Below are positions 1 through 8,810 of a DNA stretch of 64,000 nt, piece by piece. The stretch is from a virus. The position numbers and the translations under genes were made by a program. Every line of letters starts with the position of its first letter. Position 1 is the stretch's first letter. The notes under the pieces were generated by a model. That model made no database searches, was not told where the DNA came from, and saw only the letters and a program-made list of their open reading frames with translations. Where the stretch lies: positions 16,779 to 80,778 of the IMG/VR virus record IMGVR_UViG_3300045988_107529; one strand, given 5' to 3'.

Positions 1-816
1 GACGAGTTCTACGACAAAGTGATTGAAAATTACGATTATCACGAAAATTACTACATAGTCCTCATTCATGCAGTATATGACATTCCTGGAAAGGCTTCTG
101 ATGGAACCGAAATGCACGATGCTTCAGAAGAAATCTATGAACACATTCTGTGCAGCATTTGTCCGGTAAATCTTTCAAAGGCTGGGCTTAGCTATGATGT
201 GGCTGAAAATAACATCAAAGGCAGAATTCGTGATTGGGTAGTCTCAAGACCAGAAACAGGATTCTTATTCCCTGTATTCAATGACAGAAGTACTGATATT
301 CATGGAACTTTGTATTTCAACAAAAACATAAAGAATATTCATCCAGACTTCATCGAAAACGTTCTTGGCACACCAATTCCACGTATACCCGGCAATGAGA
401 TCAATGTCTTTTCAGATTTTATCATGGACAATTTCGAAGGAAATACAACATTCAATTTCACTGAAAGCCTAATTGAATCTTTGCAGGAAGTAAGAGAACA
501 GAAGAAAGACAGCCCGGAGATGATAACTGTATCATGTGACGAAATGGAACAGATTTTTGAATATTGCGGAGTTCCAGGCGAGAAGTTATCAGATTTCAAG
601 GAAAACTGGGAAACGTATTTCAGTAATGAGCCTGCTGCACTTGACAATATCCACAATTCAAAAACTGCAAAAATTGTAACACCAGATGCAACAATCTGCA
701 TCCAGCCGGATAAAATTGCTCTGATTGAATTGAAAGAAATAAACGGCGTTCCATCTCTTGTAATTCCGGTAAATGGAGAGCTGAAAATCAATGGAATTGA
801 AGTTGAATTGAGATAA
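1..816 (+). CDS. DUF4317-family protein, 5' end cut by window edge
   Basis: Frame 1 is open from base 1 (DEFYDKVIENYDYHENYYIVLIHAVYDIPGK...LCSICPVNLSKAGL...FLFPVFNDRSTDIH). This matches my memory of Clostridial DUF4317 proteins. Confidence 0.75.
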   Translation, partial: DEFYDKVIENYDYHENYYIVLIHAVYDIPGKASDGTEMHDASEEIYEHILCSICPVNLSKAGLSYDVAENNIKGRIRDWVVSRPETGFLFPVFNDRSTDIHGTLYFNKNIKNIHPDFIENVLGTPIPRIPGNEINVFSDFIMDNFEGNTTFNFTESLIESLQEVREQKKDSPEMITVSCDEMEQIFEYCGVPGEKLSDFKENWETYFSNEPAALDNIHNSKTAKIVTPDATICIQPDKIALIELKEINGVPSLVIPVNGELKINGIEVELR

Positions 817-859
817 ACACTTTTGAAAAATCCAGGAATTGGAGGAGGCAATTACATTA

Positions 860-1768
860 ATGGCTAAAGTAAGCTGGATTAAAATAGAGATTGAAATGTT
901 TAGTAACCGAAAAATTAAGCAAATAAGGAAAATGCCAGAGGGAAACAATATTGTTCTTATTTGGGTAATGCTTTTGACAATGGCTGGCAGATGCAATTCA
1001 AACGGAATTATTTTCCTCACTGAAAATATTCCATACACAACAAAAATGCTTGCAGATGAATTGGATTTTGAGGAAAGCATTATTCAATTAGCACTAACAG
1101 TTCTGGAAAAGTTCGGGATGATTACCAGAGATTCTGAATTACTTTCTATTCCCGGCTGGGAAGAGCATCAAAGTGCAGACGAATTGGAGAAAATACGAGA
1201 TCAAAACAGAAAAAGGGTCGCAGAATATCGTGAACGTCAAAAAAATAAGGCCGCATTGCTTTGCAAGAAAGACGATGTAACGTTACAGAAACGTTACAGT
1301 AACATTACTGTAACGGAACAGAATAAGAATAAAGATAAAGATTTAGAATTAGATTTAGATACAGAATTAGATAAAGATAAAGAAAAAGATATAAATGATT
1401 TAATAGTATCTAAAGATACTATTCGTCAGACTGACGTCCAACGAACCATTGATGAATGGAATACTCTGGAAGAATTCGGTATTACTCCTGTAAAAAGAAT
1501 GACACCAAAACGAGAACAGGCAGTAAAAGCTAGAATCCGTCAGAACTGTGTTGAAGATATTCTGGAAGCGATTGAAAATATTCGACGCAGCACATTCCTA
1601 CAAGGGCAAAATAAAAATGGCTGGATGGTTACGTTTGACTGGTTCTTAAAGCCTGGAAATTTCGCAAAAGTATTTGAAGGGCAATACGCAGACAAGTCTA
1701 CGAATAGACCGTGCAGCTACATGGAGAAAATTCAAAACAGGGTAAGCGAGGTGGATAATTGGGTATGA
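860..1768 (+). CDS. phage replisome organizer (N-terminal organizer domain plus conserved phage C-terminus)
   Basis: MAKVSWIKIEIEMFSNRKIKQIRKMPEGN...LTMAGRCN is typical of the replisome-organizer N-terminus. The C-terminus FDWFLKPGNFAKVFEGQY is also typical. GGAGGAGG lies upstream of the ATG at 860. Confidence 0.8.
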   Translation: MAKVSWIKIEIEMFSNRKIKQIRKMPEGNNIVLIWVMLLTMAGRCNSNGIIFLTENIPYTTKMLADELDFEESIIQLALTVLEKFGMITRDSELLSIPGWEEHQSADELEKIRDQNRKRVAEYRERQKNKAALLCKKDDVTLQKRYSNITVTEQNKNKDKDLELDLDTELDKDKEKDINDLIVSKDTIRQTDVQRTIDEWNTLEEFGITPVKRMTPKREQAVKARIRQNCVEDILEAIENIRRSTFLQGQNKNGWMVTFDWFLKPGNFAKVFEGQYADKSTNRPCSYMEKIQNRVSEVDNWV

Positions 1769-2319
1769 CAAGAGAAGAATGGGCGGTACTCGTAAAAGCA
1801 ATGAAAGCTGTGTACACTTCTCCATCATTTCTGCCAGATCAATATGCTTTTGATACTTGGTATGGACTTTTGAAAGACCTAGATTACAAGCTTTTAAGTT
1901 TTGGATTAAAGAAATATATGCAGACTGAATGGAAAGAGCCATCAATAGCCGCATTAAGGCAATGCGCACAAAACATTGCGCCGCAGAAGGAAGAGTTGAA
2001 CGAAACAGAAGCATGGGAAAAGGTATGCAAAGCTATTCAGAACTCTACATATAATGCAGAAGCAGAGTTTGATAAGCTTCCAAAAATCATTCAGAAAGCA
2101 GTATCAAGCCCGGCACAACTTAGAGAATGGGCGGTATCTGAAAATGTGGATGGTACATGGTGGAGTGTGGTTCAATCAAATTTCCAAAGGACATACCGGG
2201 CAGAAGTGCAAAGAGAACAAGAACGAAGAAAACTAAGTCCAGACCTTTTAAAAATTATAGATACTGCCAGATTGGGAGGTGCGGAAAATTGCCAGATAGA
2301 AAACCATGGAGAGAATTAA
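1765..2319 (+). CDS. replicative helicase loader/inhibitor, G39P-like
   Basis: MTREEWAVLVKAMKAVYTSPSFLPDQYAFDTWYGLLKDLDY...PSIAALRQ follows the G39P-type loader pattern. The gene sits directly after the replisome organizer with overlapping stop/start. Confidence 0.55.
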   Translation: MTREEWAVLVKAMKAVYTSPSFLPDQYAFDTWYGLLKDLDYKLLSFGLKKYMQTEWKEPSIAALRQCAQNIAPQKEELNETEAWEKVCKAIQNSTYNAEAEFDKLPKIIQKAVSSPAQLREWAVSENVDGTWWSVVQSNFQRTYRAEVQREQERRKLSPDLLKIIDTARLGGAENCQIENHGEN

Positions 2320-2531
2320 AAAGCACTGAAATTATAGGCTTAAAGCGGAGACAATGCTCAAAATGCGACTATTACAGCAAGAGCGAAAATGCATGGAGTA
2401 CAAATGCAACCTGTGATTATATCTTGATCGAAGAACATAGCAGAGGATGTGATCCGAGGGATTGTGTTAAAACTGGTATCTTCAAGAAAAAATCGAGAGG
2501 AAAATCAAGAGTAAAGCGAGTGATTTTATGA
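2289..2531 (+). CDS. small Cys-rich (zinc-ribbon-like) protein, start uncertain
   Basis: The ORF track gives 2157..2531, which overlaps the loader gene. GGGAGG at 2274-2279 followed by TTG at 2289 gives a non-overlapping start. Motifs CSKCDYY...CDY...C..C are present. Confidence 0.35.
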   Translation: MPDRKPWRELKSTEIIGLKRRQCSKCDYYSKSENAWSTNATCDYILIEEHSRGCDPRDCVKTGIFKKKSRGKSRVKRVIL

Positions 2532-2740
2532 GGAAGATTAGCGAAATGTATAAGCGGTCTGGCGGTACAGCTTATCAGTATATCTGTTCCGATTGCAGAT
2601 TCTTCTATGGTGATAAGCATCCGCGGTGTTTACAATACGAACTGGAAATTGATTGGAACCCAGATTATATAGCTTGCAAATTTTACAATCTGGAAGAATC
2701 TCAGATTGATGGACAGGTCAATATATTTGATTTGTTGTGA
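2528..2740 (+). CDS. small Cys-rich hypothetical protein
   Basis: 70-aa ORF coupled by ATGA overlap to the previous ORF, with CSDCRFF...HPRC motifs. Confidence 0.45.
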   Translation: MRKISEMYKRSGGTAYQYICSDCRFFYGDKHPRCLQYELEIDWNPDYIACKFYNLEESQIDGQVNIFDLL

Positions 2741-2913
2741 AATATGATAATTGTTTTGACCAAAACGGCTAAAATTAATTTTTATGATATTCGTGAATAT
2801 TGTTATGGTTAAAACAAAATAAGCGCTTAAAATCAAAAAAACAGGCTATCAATAGAAAGGAGGAACAGGAACCGCCGGCCGGCAAAAGGAATTCCCGGTT
2901 CCTCCTAAATTTT

Positions 2914-4110
2914 ATGGATGAAATATTGAAATATGCTATTGAGAATGGTATTATAAATCCTGCACATGTACTTGAAGAAATACAAATGAAGAAAAATGAA
3001 GAAATATTAAAAAAATATAAAATATGGCAGGGAAAAAACAATAATTGGTATACTTATATTTATACAGAAAAAAATTCTAGAAAGCTAGTGAAAAGAAGTA
3101 GCCGAAAGGGAATTGAAGATTATATTATTGCTTTCGAGAAAGAAAAAACAGAAAAACCTAAAACATTTATGGATGTTTACGAGCATTGGATAGAAATTCA
3201 AAAAGAATTTGTGACGGATAACACTTTGTATAAGTATTCTACAGATAGAACACGTTATTTTGAAAAAAAAGAATTTACGGAAAAAGAAATTGAGAAAATG
3301 ACAGAAGAAGATATAAAGGTATTCATTGTCAGAACTGTAAAAGATCAAAAACTTTGCAAAAAAGCGTGTAAAACTTTGTTTGGATATATCAAAAACACAA
3401 TAGATAGTGCAAGGTCACAACATTTATTGAATTATGATCCTATGGAATTTCTTTCACCTAAAATATTTTATAAATACTGCACGGAGATAGAAAAGCCTTC
3501 AAGTCATAATACAATATCAGACCATGAACTTAAACTAATTATTAATCGCTGCAAAAAGGATTTTGATGAACAGCCAGAATACATTCCCTCATACGCAGTA
3601 TATTTTGCAAGTCTCACAGGGATGAGAGTTGGAGAAATTTCGGCTTTAAAATGGGAAGATATAAATGAAAATTATATATCTATTAATAAATCAGAAAAAT
3701 ACAATAGAAATACAAAAGAATACTATATAGGAAAAACAAAAAATCAAATGAACAGATGGTTTCCTATGACTGGCGAAATTCGAAAACTTTTAATGAAATT
3801 AAAATCAGCAGAAATCAGCAATGGGTATATTAGTGAATGGTTGTTTTCAAACGAAAATGGAAGGGTTCATGCTCCTGTAATATCGTCATGCTTAAAAAAC
3901 AAATGCAGGCAGGAAGGAATAGAAGAAAGAGGAATTCATGCATTTAGAAGAACAATAAATTCTAAACTAAGGTGCAATGGAGTATCTGCCACTGTTGCTG
4001 CATCGCTACTCGGGCATACCGAAGAAGTTAATGAAAAATATTATACATTTGATGTTAGCTCTTTGGAAGAAAAAAATAAAATTGTGTCAAAAGTGCAAAG
4101 GATTGGATGA
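2914..4110 (+). CDS. int: tyrosine recombinase / phage integrase
   Basis: The C-terminal catalytic region reads GMRVGEISALKWEDI...HAFRRTINSKL...LLGHTEEVNEKYY (R..H-R..Y pattern). The start is taken at MDEILKY, after a strong hairpin at 2858-2906. The gene sits next to the att-like site. Confidence 0.85.
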   Translation: MDEILKYAIENGIINPAHVLEEIQMKKNEEILKKYKIWQGKNNNWYTYIYTEKNSRKLVKRSSRKGIEDYIIAFEKEKTEKPKTFMDVYEHWIEIQKEFVTDNTLYKYSTDRTRYFEKKEFTEKEIEKMTEEDIKVFIVRTVKDQKLCKKACKTLFGYIKNTIDSARSQHLLNYDPMEFLSPKIFYKYCTEIEKPSSHNTISDHELKLIINRCKKDFDEQPEYIPSYAVYFASLTGMRVGEISALKWEDINENYISINKSEKYNRNTKEYYIGKTKNQMNRWFPMTGEIRKLLMKLKSAEISNGYISEWLFSNENGRVHAPVISSCLKNKCRQEGIEERGIHAFRRTINSKLRCNGVSATVAASLLGHTEEVNEKYYTFDVSSLEEKNKIVSKVQRIG

Positions 4111-4122
4111 ATAAGAACATAG

Positions 4123-4312
4123 GTTCTGATTACCTTTTTGGTTACCTTTGATTACCTCAAGTCTGGAAAGCCTTTAAAATCAAGGGTTTACGGATTAAAA
4201 CGCGAGCCGTGAGGTCGCAGGTTCAAATCCTGTTGCCCCGATTTATGCAGTAAAATCAAGGGTTTGCGGACTTGGTATGAACGAGTGTTCTGATTACCTT
4301 TGATTACCTTTT
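4123..4312. other. attP-like attachment region: arm-type repeats flanking a tRNA 3' fragment
   Basis: There are five copies of (T)GATTACCTT(T), three left (4127-4157) and two tandem right (4291-4312). A 19-nt repeat AAAATCAAGGGTTTRCGGA occurs at 4176-4194 and 4252-4270. Both bracket a tRNA T-arm/acceptor fragment immediately downstream of int. Confidence 0.65.
4213..4241 (+). other. 3' fragment of a tRNA (T-arm plus 3' acceptor strand), resembles tRNA-Pro 3' ends
   Basis: GGTCGCAGG-TTCAAAT-CCTGT-TGCCCCG-A. No matching 5' acceptor, D-arm or 7-nt anticodon loop lies upstream, so it is a partial tRNA copy, typical of an att core. Confidence 0.6.
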
Positions 4313-4358
4313 ACAAAAAGTACATATGAAAGGGAAAAGTACATGTGCAAAATAATAA

Positions 4359-4385
4359 AATCGCAGAGATGCGATTATTTTTTTT
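4359..4385 (+). terminator. intrinsic terminator
   Basis: AATCGCA-gaga-TGCGATT followed by ATTTTTTTT. Confidence 0.6.
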
Positions 4386-4433
4386 GCCTTTTTTCTGAAA
4401 TTGTGTTATGTTCAAGAAAATGGAGGGCGAAAT

Positions 4434-5102
4434 ATGCAGATACACACAGCCTATGATGTAATGAAGGAGTTTCTAATAACTGATGCAGACCTTGAAGGCA
4501 AGTACGGAATCCCGAAAATTCCAAAGACTTTTATTCATCCAGGGAAAGATACTGTAGACTTTTCGGAGAGCTTCAGCAGAAAGATTAAGAACCATCGGGA
4601 ACTTGATGTAAATTTCTATGTGGATGATGTACAGTTTCAAAGATTATGGAATCAGCCAGACAAGTATATGGAGCATTTAAAATGTTTTCATGCAGTCATT
4701 ATGCCAGATTTCAGCATATCGGTTGGCAAGAATGGAATGCCGTTAGCTATGTGCCTGTGGAATAAATACCGCAATCATGCATTGTCTCACTACATGATCT
4801 TGAATGATATTCCAGTAATTCCGAACGTAAACATATTACCAGAATACTGTTGGGACTGGTGCTTTGATGGGCTACCAGAGGGAAGCACAGTTGCCTGTTG
4901 CACCAATGGAAGAGTAAAGAGCAAGGCAGCACGGTTGGAGTTTTGCGTTGGTTTCAAGGAAATGGAACGCAGATTGAAGCCGCTGCGAGTTATCATTGTT
5001 GGAAGAATCCCGGAAGAATTGGAAACAGACACGGAAATTATAAACTTTGAAACCAGGAATCAGAAGATTAACAAGGAGTGCGTGAATGGGAACAACGACT
5101 GA
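4434..5102 (+). CDS. DUF4417-family protein
   Basis: MQIHTAYDV...VNFYVDDVQFQRLWNQPDKY...AVIMPDFSIS...NKYRNHALSHY...IPVIPNV...WCFDGLPEGSTVA matches the DUF4417 pattern as I recall it. TGGAGGG RBS. Confidence 0.7.
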   Translation: MQIHTAYDVMKEFLITDADLEGKYGIPKIPKTFIHPGKDTVDFSESFSRKIKNHRELDVNFYVDDVQFQRLWNQPDKYMEHLKCFHAVIMPDFSISVGKNGMPLAMCLWNKYRNHALSHYMILNDIPVIPNVNILPEYCWDWCFDGLPEGSTVACCTNGRVKSKAARLEFCVGFKEMERRLKPLRVIIVGRIPEELETDTEIINFETRNQKINKECVNGNND

Positions 5103-5220
5103 TAATTACCAGAGAAAGAAGAAACTTTCCAAGTCCCAAATGAAGAGGACGGAACGTTTAGAGAAATCATCCTACAGAAGATATGGAACACGGAAGAAAG
5201 AAGGATTAAACAAATTGTGA
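5086..5220 (+). CDS. possible 44-aa basic peptide (not in ORF track)
   Basis: ATG at 5086 overlaps the end of the DUF4417 gene. Product is MGTTTDNYQRKKKLSKSQMKRTERLEKSSYRRYGTRKKEGLNKL. The only support is an open frame plus coupling geometry. Confidence 0.25.
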   Translation: MGTTTDNYQRKKKLSKSQMKRTERLEKSSYRRYGTRKKEGLNKL

Positions 5221-5278
5221 ATTTTGAATTATTTGGAACTTTACGCTATAGAAATATTTGTGCAAAATTAAAATTTAA

Positions 5279-5323
5279 GTGGTAACTAGAAAATGCGAGA
5301 TTTTTTCTGGTTGCCACTTTTTT
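5279..5323 (+). terminator. intrinsic terminator
   Basis: 15-bp stem GTGGTAACTAGAAAA / TTTTCTGGTTGCCAC (two G-U pairs) followed by TTTTTT. Confidence 0.75.
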
Positions 5324-6055
5324 CTGGATTTCCTTGATTTTTTGTTGCCAAAATAATGTTAGAATTTAGGAATCATCCACAAGTTAGTTGCACTATTGAA
5401 GTTTTGAACAACTGCGGTTTTCCATTGCCACAAAATCAACCAGGGGCAGCACCGGGAGCCGATACCGCGCCAAGCTGATGAAGCCGTGACGATTCCGGGA
5501 ATGATTGAATATCAACAAAGACGACAGCCAGCCGTAGACCTGGCAGACCAGAACCAACCGCCCACAGATAATAGGCCATAGCAACAAGTAACATATAACG
5601 TGGCGTTAAAATACAATAATACTCTTGCAAAATAAGCCTTAAATAGCTTGTAACGTATTTAGCCTATACTTTATTGACTACGATTATAAAACGCCTTAAA
5701 ATGGCAAATACAGCGCCATACAACAATAATTGATATATAGCCCGGACAGCTGCGACAGATCACCGGGAAGCCTGGACAAGTCACGCACATAAGCGGACAA
5801 AATGCACCAATTTACACGGTACGCAAATAAAGCATAGCCGCACATAGCTATACAAGGCTATTATATACCTATAGCCGCAGACAGTCAATAAACCATGCAA
5901 GACAATAAAAAGCGTTTTAAAGGCTTATAAGCGGCTTAAAATGTAAATGCTGAAAAATCCCCATTAACAGAATAAAAAACGATTTACGGATAAAATAGCG
6001 CGTTAATTGATTGACTTATTATATTAACTTTGCAAGGTGCATCTGGCAGAATGCC

Positions 6056-6108
6056 AAAAACCGCTTGCACGCCGTGAACGTGCCGCCGGACTGGAAACCG
6101 GGAAGCGG
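6056..6108 (-). terminator. intrinsic terminator of the leftward operon
   Basis: CCGCTT...AAGCGG outer stem with inner hairpins. On the minus strand it is followed by TTTTT, 9 nt downstream of the stop of the 6117..6320 gene. Confidence 0.6.
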
Positions 6109-6116
6109 TGAAAAAA

Positions 6117-6320
6117 TCATTCGTTTATAACAATGTTGAAATCATCATCAATATAACCAATAAATTTTATATTATCCTGGTTATATTCGTTTTTATATGT
6201 TTTATATATGCGTACATGCTTAAAATTTCCATCATACCAAACATCTAAGCCCATAGCATGTATTTTTTCATTTACTTCAAGTTGCTTTCTTACATTTTCC
6301 TTAAAAGTTGAATTTTTCAT
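6117..6320 (-). CDS. hypothetical protein
   Basis: 67-aa ORF, last gene of the leftward operon. No recognisable motif. Confidence 0.45.
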   Translation of the reverse strand: MKNSTFKENVRKQLEVNEKIHAMGLDVWYDGNFKHVRIYKTYKNEYNQDNIKFIGYIDDDFNIVINE

Positions 6321-6377
6321 GCTTTTATCTTTCTTCCCTTCACCCTGGGAGCCAGGATATAAAAAGACGCGCCCTTA

Positions 6378-6755
6378 TTATTTTAAAGTCATTTTTGTAA
6401 CAGCCGGAAGACTGCGGAAAAATTCCCGGCGGTCGTAATCATCATTAATTTTAAATTGTTTGTCACTTGTGGGGATGATCTCGCCGCCGATAAGCTCCAT
6501 ACAGGAGAGTTGCAAACAGTTCTCTTTTTTTGTTGATCTGTGCAGCGCATATCGCATCACAGACTTTTTACCATCCCGACGCTTTACCGGGGACATATCC
6601 CAATAAGCTAATTTAATAACGCCACCAGCAACAGCCTTAAAGATTTCCATTGCTTCCTTTTCAGCTTTTCTGTTGATTGTATCAACTGTTAAGAAATCGC
6701 CGCTTTTTATGGCGGCGATTGTCTGCGCTTGCGTGGCTTTCTTGATTGTTATCAT
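6378..6755 (-). CDS. hypothetical protein
   Basis: Start moved to MITIKKATQ. GGAGGG lies 8 nt upstream, and this start abuts the stop of the upstream gene. Confidence 0.5.
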   Translation of the reverse strand: MITIKKATQAQTIAAIKSGDFLTVDTINRKAEKEAMEIFKAVAGGVIKLAYWDMSPVKRRDGKKSVMRYALHRSTKKENCLQLSCMELIGGEIIPTSDKQFKINDDYDRREFFRSLPAVTKMTLK

Positions 6756-6756
6756 T

Positions 6757-6969
6757 TTAAAACCCTCCATAAGTTTTATTTGTCTTGTAACACTTGTTCC
6801 AGAAGTCAACAACGTTTTCAGCTTCTTTTTTCGTGCTGCAAATATTTGCGGAAGTAATGCCGGGGATTTGCAAAGAAAATAATAAATTGTCAGAGCTAGA
6901 GACCCGAAGAACAGACGCAAAGTTTTTATTGTTTGTGCGTGTTGAAATTGCTATGTAATGATATTTCAT
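6757..6969 (-). CDS. hypothetical protein
   Basis: 70-aa ORF tightly packed between neighbours on the minus strand. Confidence 0.45.
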   Translation of the reverse strand: MKYHYIAISTRTNNKNFASVLRVSSSDNLLFSLQIPGITSANICSTKKEAENVVDFWNKCYKTNKTYGGF

Positions 6970-6972
6970 GCT

Positions 6973-7359
6973 TTAGGCCTCCATTTCTTTATGTGCTTCG
7001 TCAAAATCTTCTTCGAGATCGTCCAGTACTTCAGAAATTGCGATCCCTAATAAGTAACAACGGATTGTTACGTCTGCCCATTCTGCGCCCTTTTCAATAA
7101 CATTTATGTTATTCTGTCCGAACTCGTCAAGGGCTTCTTCGAGCAAGTCCAAGTTGTGCGCTATACTTTCTTCTGCCTTGTAAGAATTGCAATAATAAGA
7201 GCCGCTTGCATTGCCTGTTACGCTGTCTTCTGTCCAAAGTTCATCATTCAATTTTTCTTCCAGTTCTTCCAAGCTGTCAAAGTCTGTGAAATTAATTTCA
7301 CTATCAATATAATTTTTAACGTCTTCTTTTACTGCTTCCAGATAATTATATTTTGTCAT
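6973..7359 (-). CDS. very acidic small protein (possible DNA-mimic / anti-restriction type, unproven)
   Basis: 128 aa rich in D/E (DSLEELEEKLNDELWTEDSVTGNASGSYYCN...LDDLEEDFDE). It is the first gene of the leftward operon. No family recognised. Confidence 0.5.
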   Translation of the reverse strand: MTKYNYLEAVKEDVKNYIDSEINFTDFDSLEELEEKLNDELWTEDSVTGNASGSYYCNSYKAEESIAHNLDLLEEALDEFGQNNINVIEKGAEWADVTIRCYLLGIAISEVLDDLEEDFDEAHKEMEA

Positions 7360-7573
7360 TGTTTTTTACCATCGCCCCTGTTATAATGGGGTTGCCTTTC
7401 TTTTTAGTTTGGTGCCCGGTTTGGTTTGGAAGTCGACCGGGCTTTTTTTATTTTGTCCAGGAACTAGAATTTTTCAATTAATCGTGATCCGTTTCTTATG
7501 TCCTCATTGTGTTGAGTGGTTCGGGCGGTTCCGGTTGTTTGTTTCTTTTGTTCCTTTGTTGATATTATAATAC

Positions 7574-7609
7574 CACTAATAATAGTGTATGTCAACACTA
7601 AAATTAGTG
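7574..7609. promoter_or_regulatory. two operator-like palindromes CACTAA-NN-TTAGTG
   Basis: CACTAATAATAGTG (7574-7587) and CACTAAAATTAGTG (7596-7609) lie in the divergent intergenic region upstream of the HTH gene. Confidence 0.55.
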
Positions 7610-7687
7610 GTTTTTAAAAATATTTTATATTGCTTTTTGGTACTAATCCTATTATAATAATGATATAATTATTTGGGAGGTCACAAG

Positions 7688-7915
7688 ATGTTTAAATATA
7701 AAATAGATGTTATGAAATCATTATCAGATCGCGGCTTTACATCTTCCAGAATGAGAAAAGAAAAGATTCTGAGTGAGGCAACAATGCAAAATTTAAGAAA
7801 AGGAAAAGGAATAACGACCGACACATTGAATACAATATGTATTATATTAAGATGTCAGCCGTCGGATGTTCTGGAAATAGTGCCAACAAATGAAGAAAAA
7901 ATAAAGTATTTTTAA
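7688..7915 (+). CDS. XRE/Cro-type HTH transcriptional regulator
   Basis: MFKYKIDVMKSLSDRGFTSSRMRKEKILSEATMQNLRKGKGITTDTLNTICIILRCQPSDVLEIVP is a compact HTH protein. TGGGAGGT RBS. Confidence 0.7.
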   Translation: MFKYKIDVMKSLSDRGFTSSRMRKEKILSEATMQNLRKGKGITTDTLNTICIILRCQPSDVLEIVPTNEEKIKYF

Positions 7916-7916
7916 A

Positions 7917-7930
7917 CACTAAATTTAGTG
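7917..7930. promoter_or_regulatory. third, perfect operator palindrome overlapping a promoter
   Basis: CACTAAATTTAGTG is directly followed by TTTACT-17 nt-TATACT, ahead of the GIY-YIG gene. Confidence 0.5.
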
Positions 7931-7991
7931 TTTACTTATATATGAAAATGTGCTATACTGTAACTATAATCAAGAAAGGAGATATTACAGT

Positions 7992-8471
7992 ATGGCAAAT
8001 TTAGAAGAGTTTCGTATTCCACAATATGAAGGTTGCGGAATATATGCAATAGTTAATTCGAAAAAGATGAGCTGTTATATTGGCTCAAGCAAAAATATTA
8101 AGTTAAGAGCAATTAACCATAAGGCGCATTTGAAGAAAGGGAAACATCACAATAAACTACTACAAAAAGATTTTGAAAACGGAAATTCATTTCGTTTTAT
8201 TATATTATGTAAATTAGATTCAAACATAGACAATGATTTGCTAATTGTATACGAAAAAATGTATATGATAGCAGCCATGGATAACTATTTTGAGCTCTAT
8301 AATTTACTCCCGAAAACGCAATGGAATAATCAAAGAAACTGGATAATTCAACACATAATTTATTATTTTATGAATAATTATAAAATATCAGAAAATCTCG
8401 TTTCTGCTTTTGAGGGAGAATATGAAACTACTCCGGCATATATGCATAATAGAAAACCAGAGAATAGATAA
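7992..8471 (+). CDS. GIY-YIG nuclease (homing-endonuclease-like)
   Basis: CGIYAIVN...CYIGSSKNIKLRAINHKAHLKKGKHHNKLLQKDFENG gives GIY..YIG..R..H..N spacing. AAAGGAGA RBS. Confidence 0.7.
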   Translation: MANLEEFRIPQYEGCGIYAIVNSKKMSCYIGSSKNIKLRAINHKAHLKKGKHHNKLLQKDFENGNSFRFIILCKLDSNIDNDLLIVYEKMYMIAAMDNYFELYNLLPKTQWNNQRNWIIQHIIYYFMNNYKISENLVSAFEGEYETTPAYMHNRKPENR

Positions 8472-8765
8472 TTGATTTGTGATTGAATTTAGAAAACCAA
8501 TACACAAGAAAAAGCCCTAGGAAATTAACCCGGGGCTTTTAAAATGCTTATTTATGGCGGCTATGGACAGAGTACAGACCGCCGCCGAGCCTGTTAATAT
8601 TTAAATAACACAGCTTCGCCCAGGTTGTCAAGAAAAATATTTTTAAAATACCGCTTGACATTTTTCTAAAACTTCTTTAGGCTATCAGATAACGAGAGCT
8701 GACGGAACTCAGGAAGGGCAGAGGCTGAAAGTACACAGAATCGTTAATTAAATAACACGCATAAC

Positions 8766-8810
8766 AAGCCAGATCACGCCGGATAGAAACTCCTGGAAGG
8801 TCTGGCTTTT
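8766..8810 (+). terminator. intrinsic terminator inside the 8.5-9.2 kb non-coding region
   Basis: AAGCCAGA...TCTGGCTT followed by TTT. It lies about 120 nt downstream of TTGACA (8655-8660)-17 nt-TAGGCT. Confidence 0.45.

Noticed and set aside
2800-2913. N-terminal extension of the integrase from a TTG start at 2800.
   Set aside because: The extension runs through a strong hairpin (2858-2906) and encodes an implausible K/R-rich leader. MDEILKY at 2914 gives a normal integrase N-terminus.
4246-4433. A prophage-host junction (attR) with host DNA to the right of the tRNA fragment.
   Set aside because: Arm-type repeats occur on both sides of the core, and the genes to the right (DUF4417, GIY-YIG, TerS-like and so on) are phage or mobile-element types. 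An attP interpretation fits better, but this cannot be proven without the flanking replicon context.
5393-5630. Two overlapping 64-aa minus-strand ORFs in the 5.3-6.05 kb non-coding region.
   Set aside because: There is no RBS, the composition is odd (an artefact of the G+T-rich minus strand), and the two are mutually overlapping. I treat the region as non-coding.
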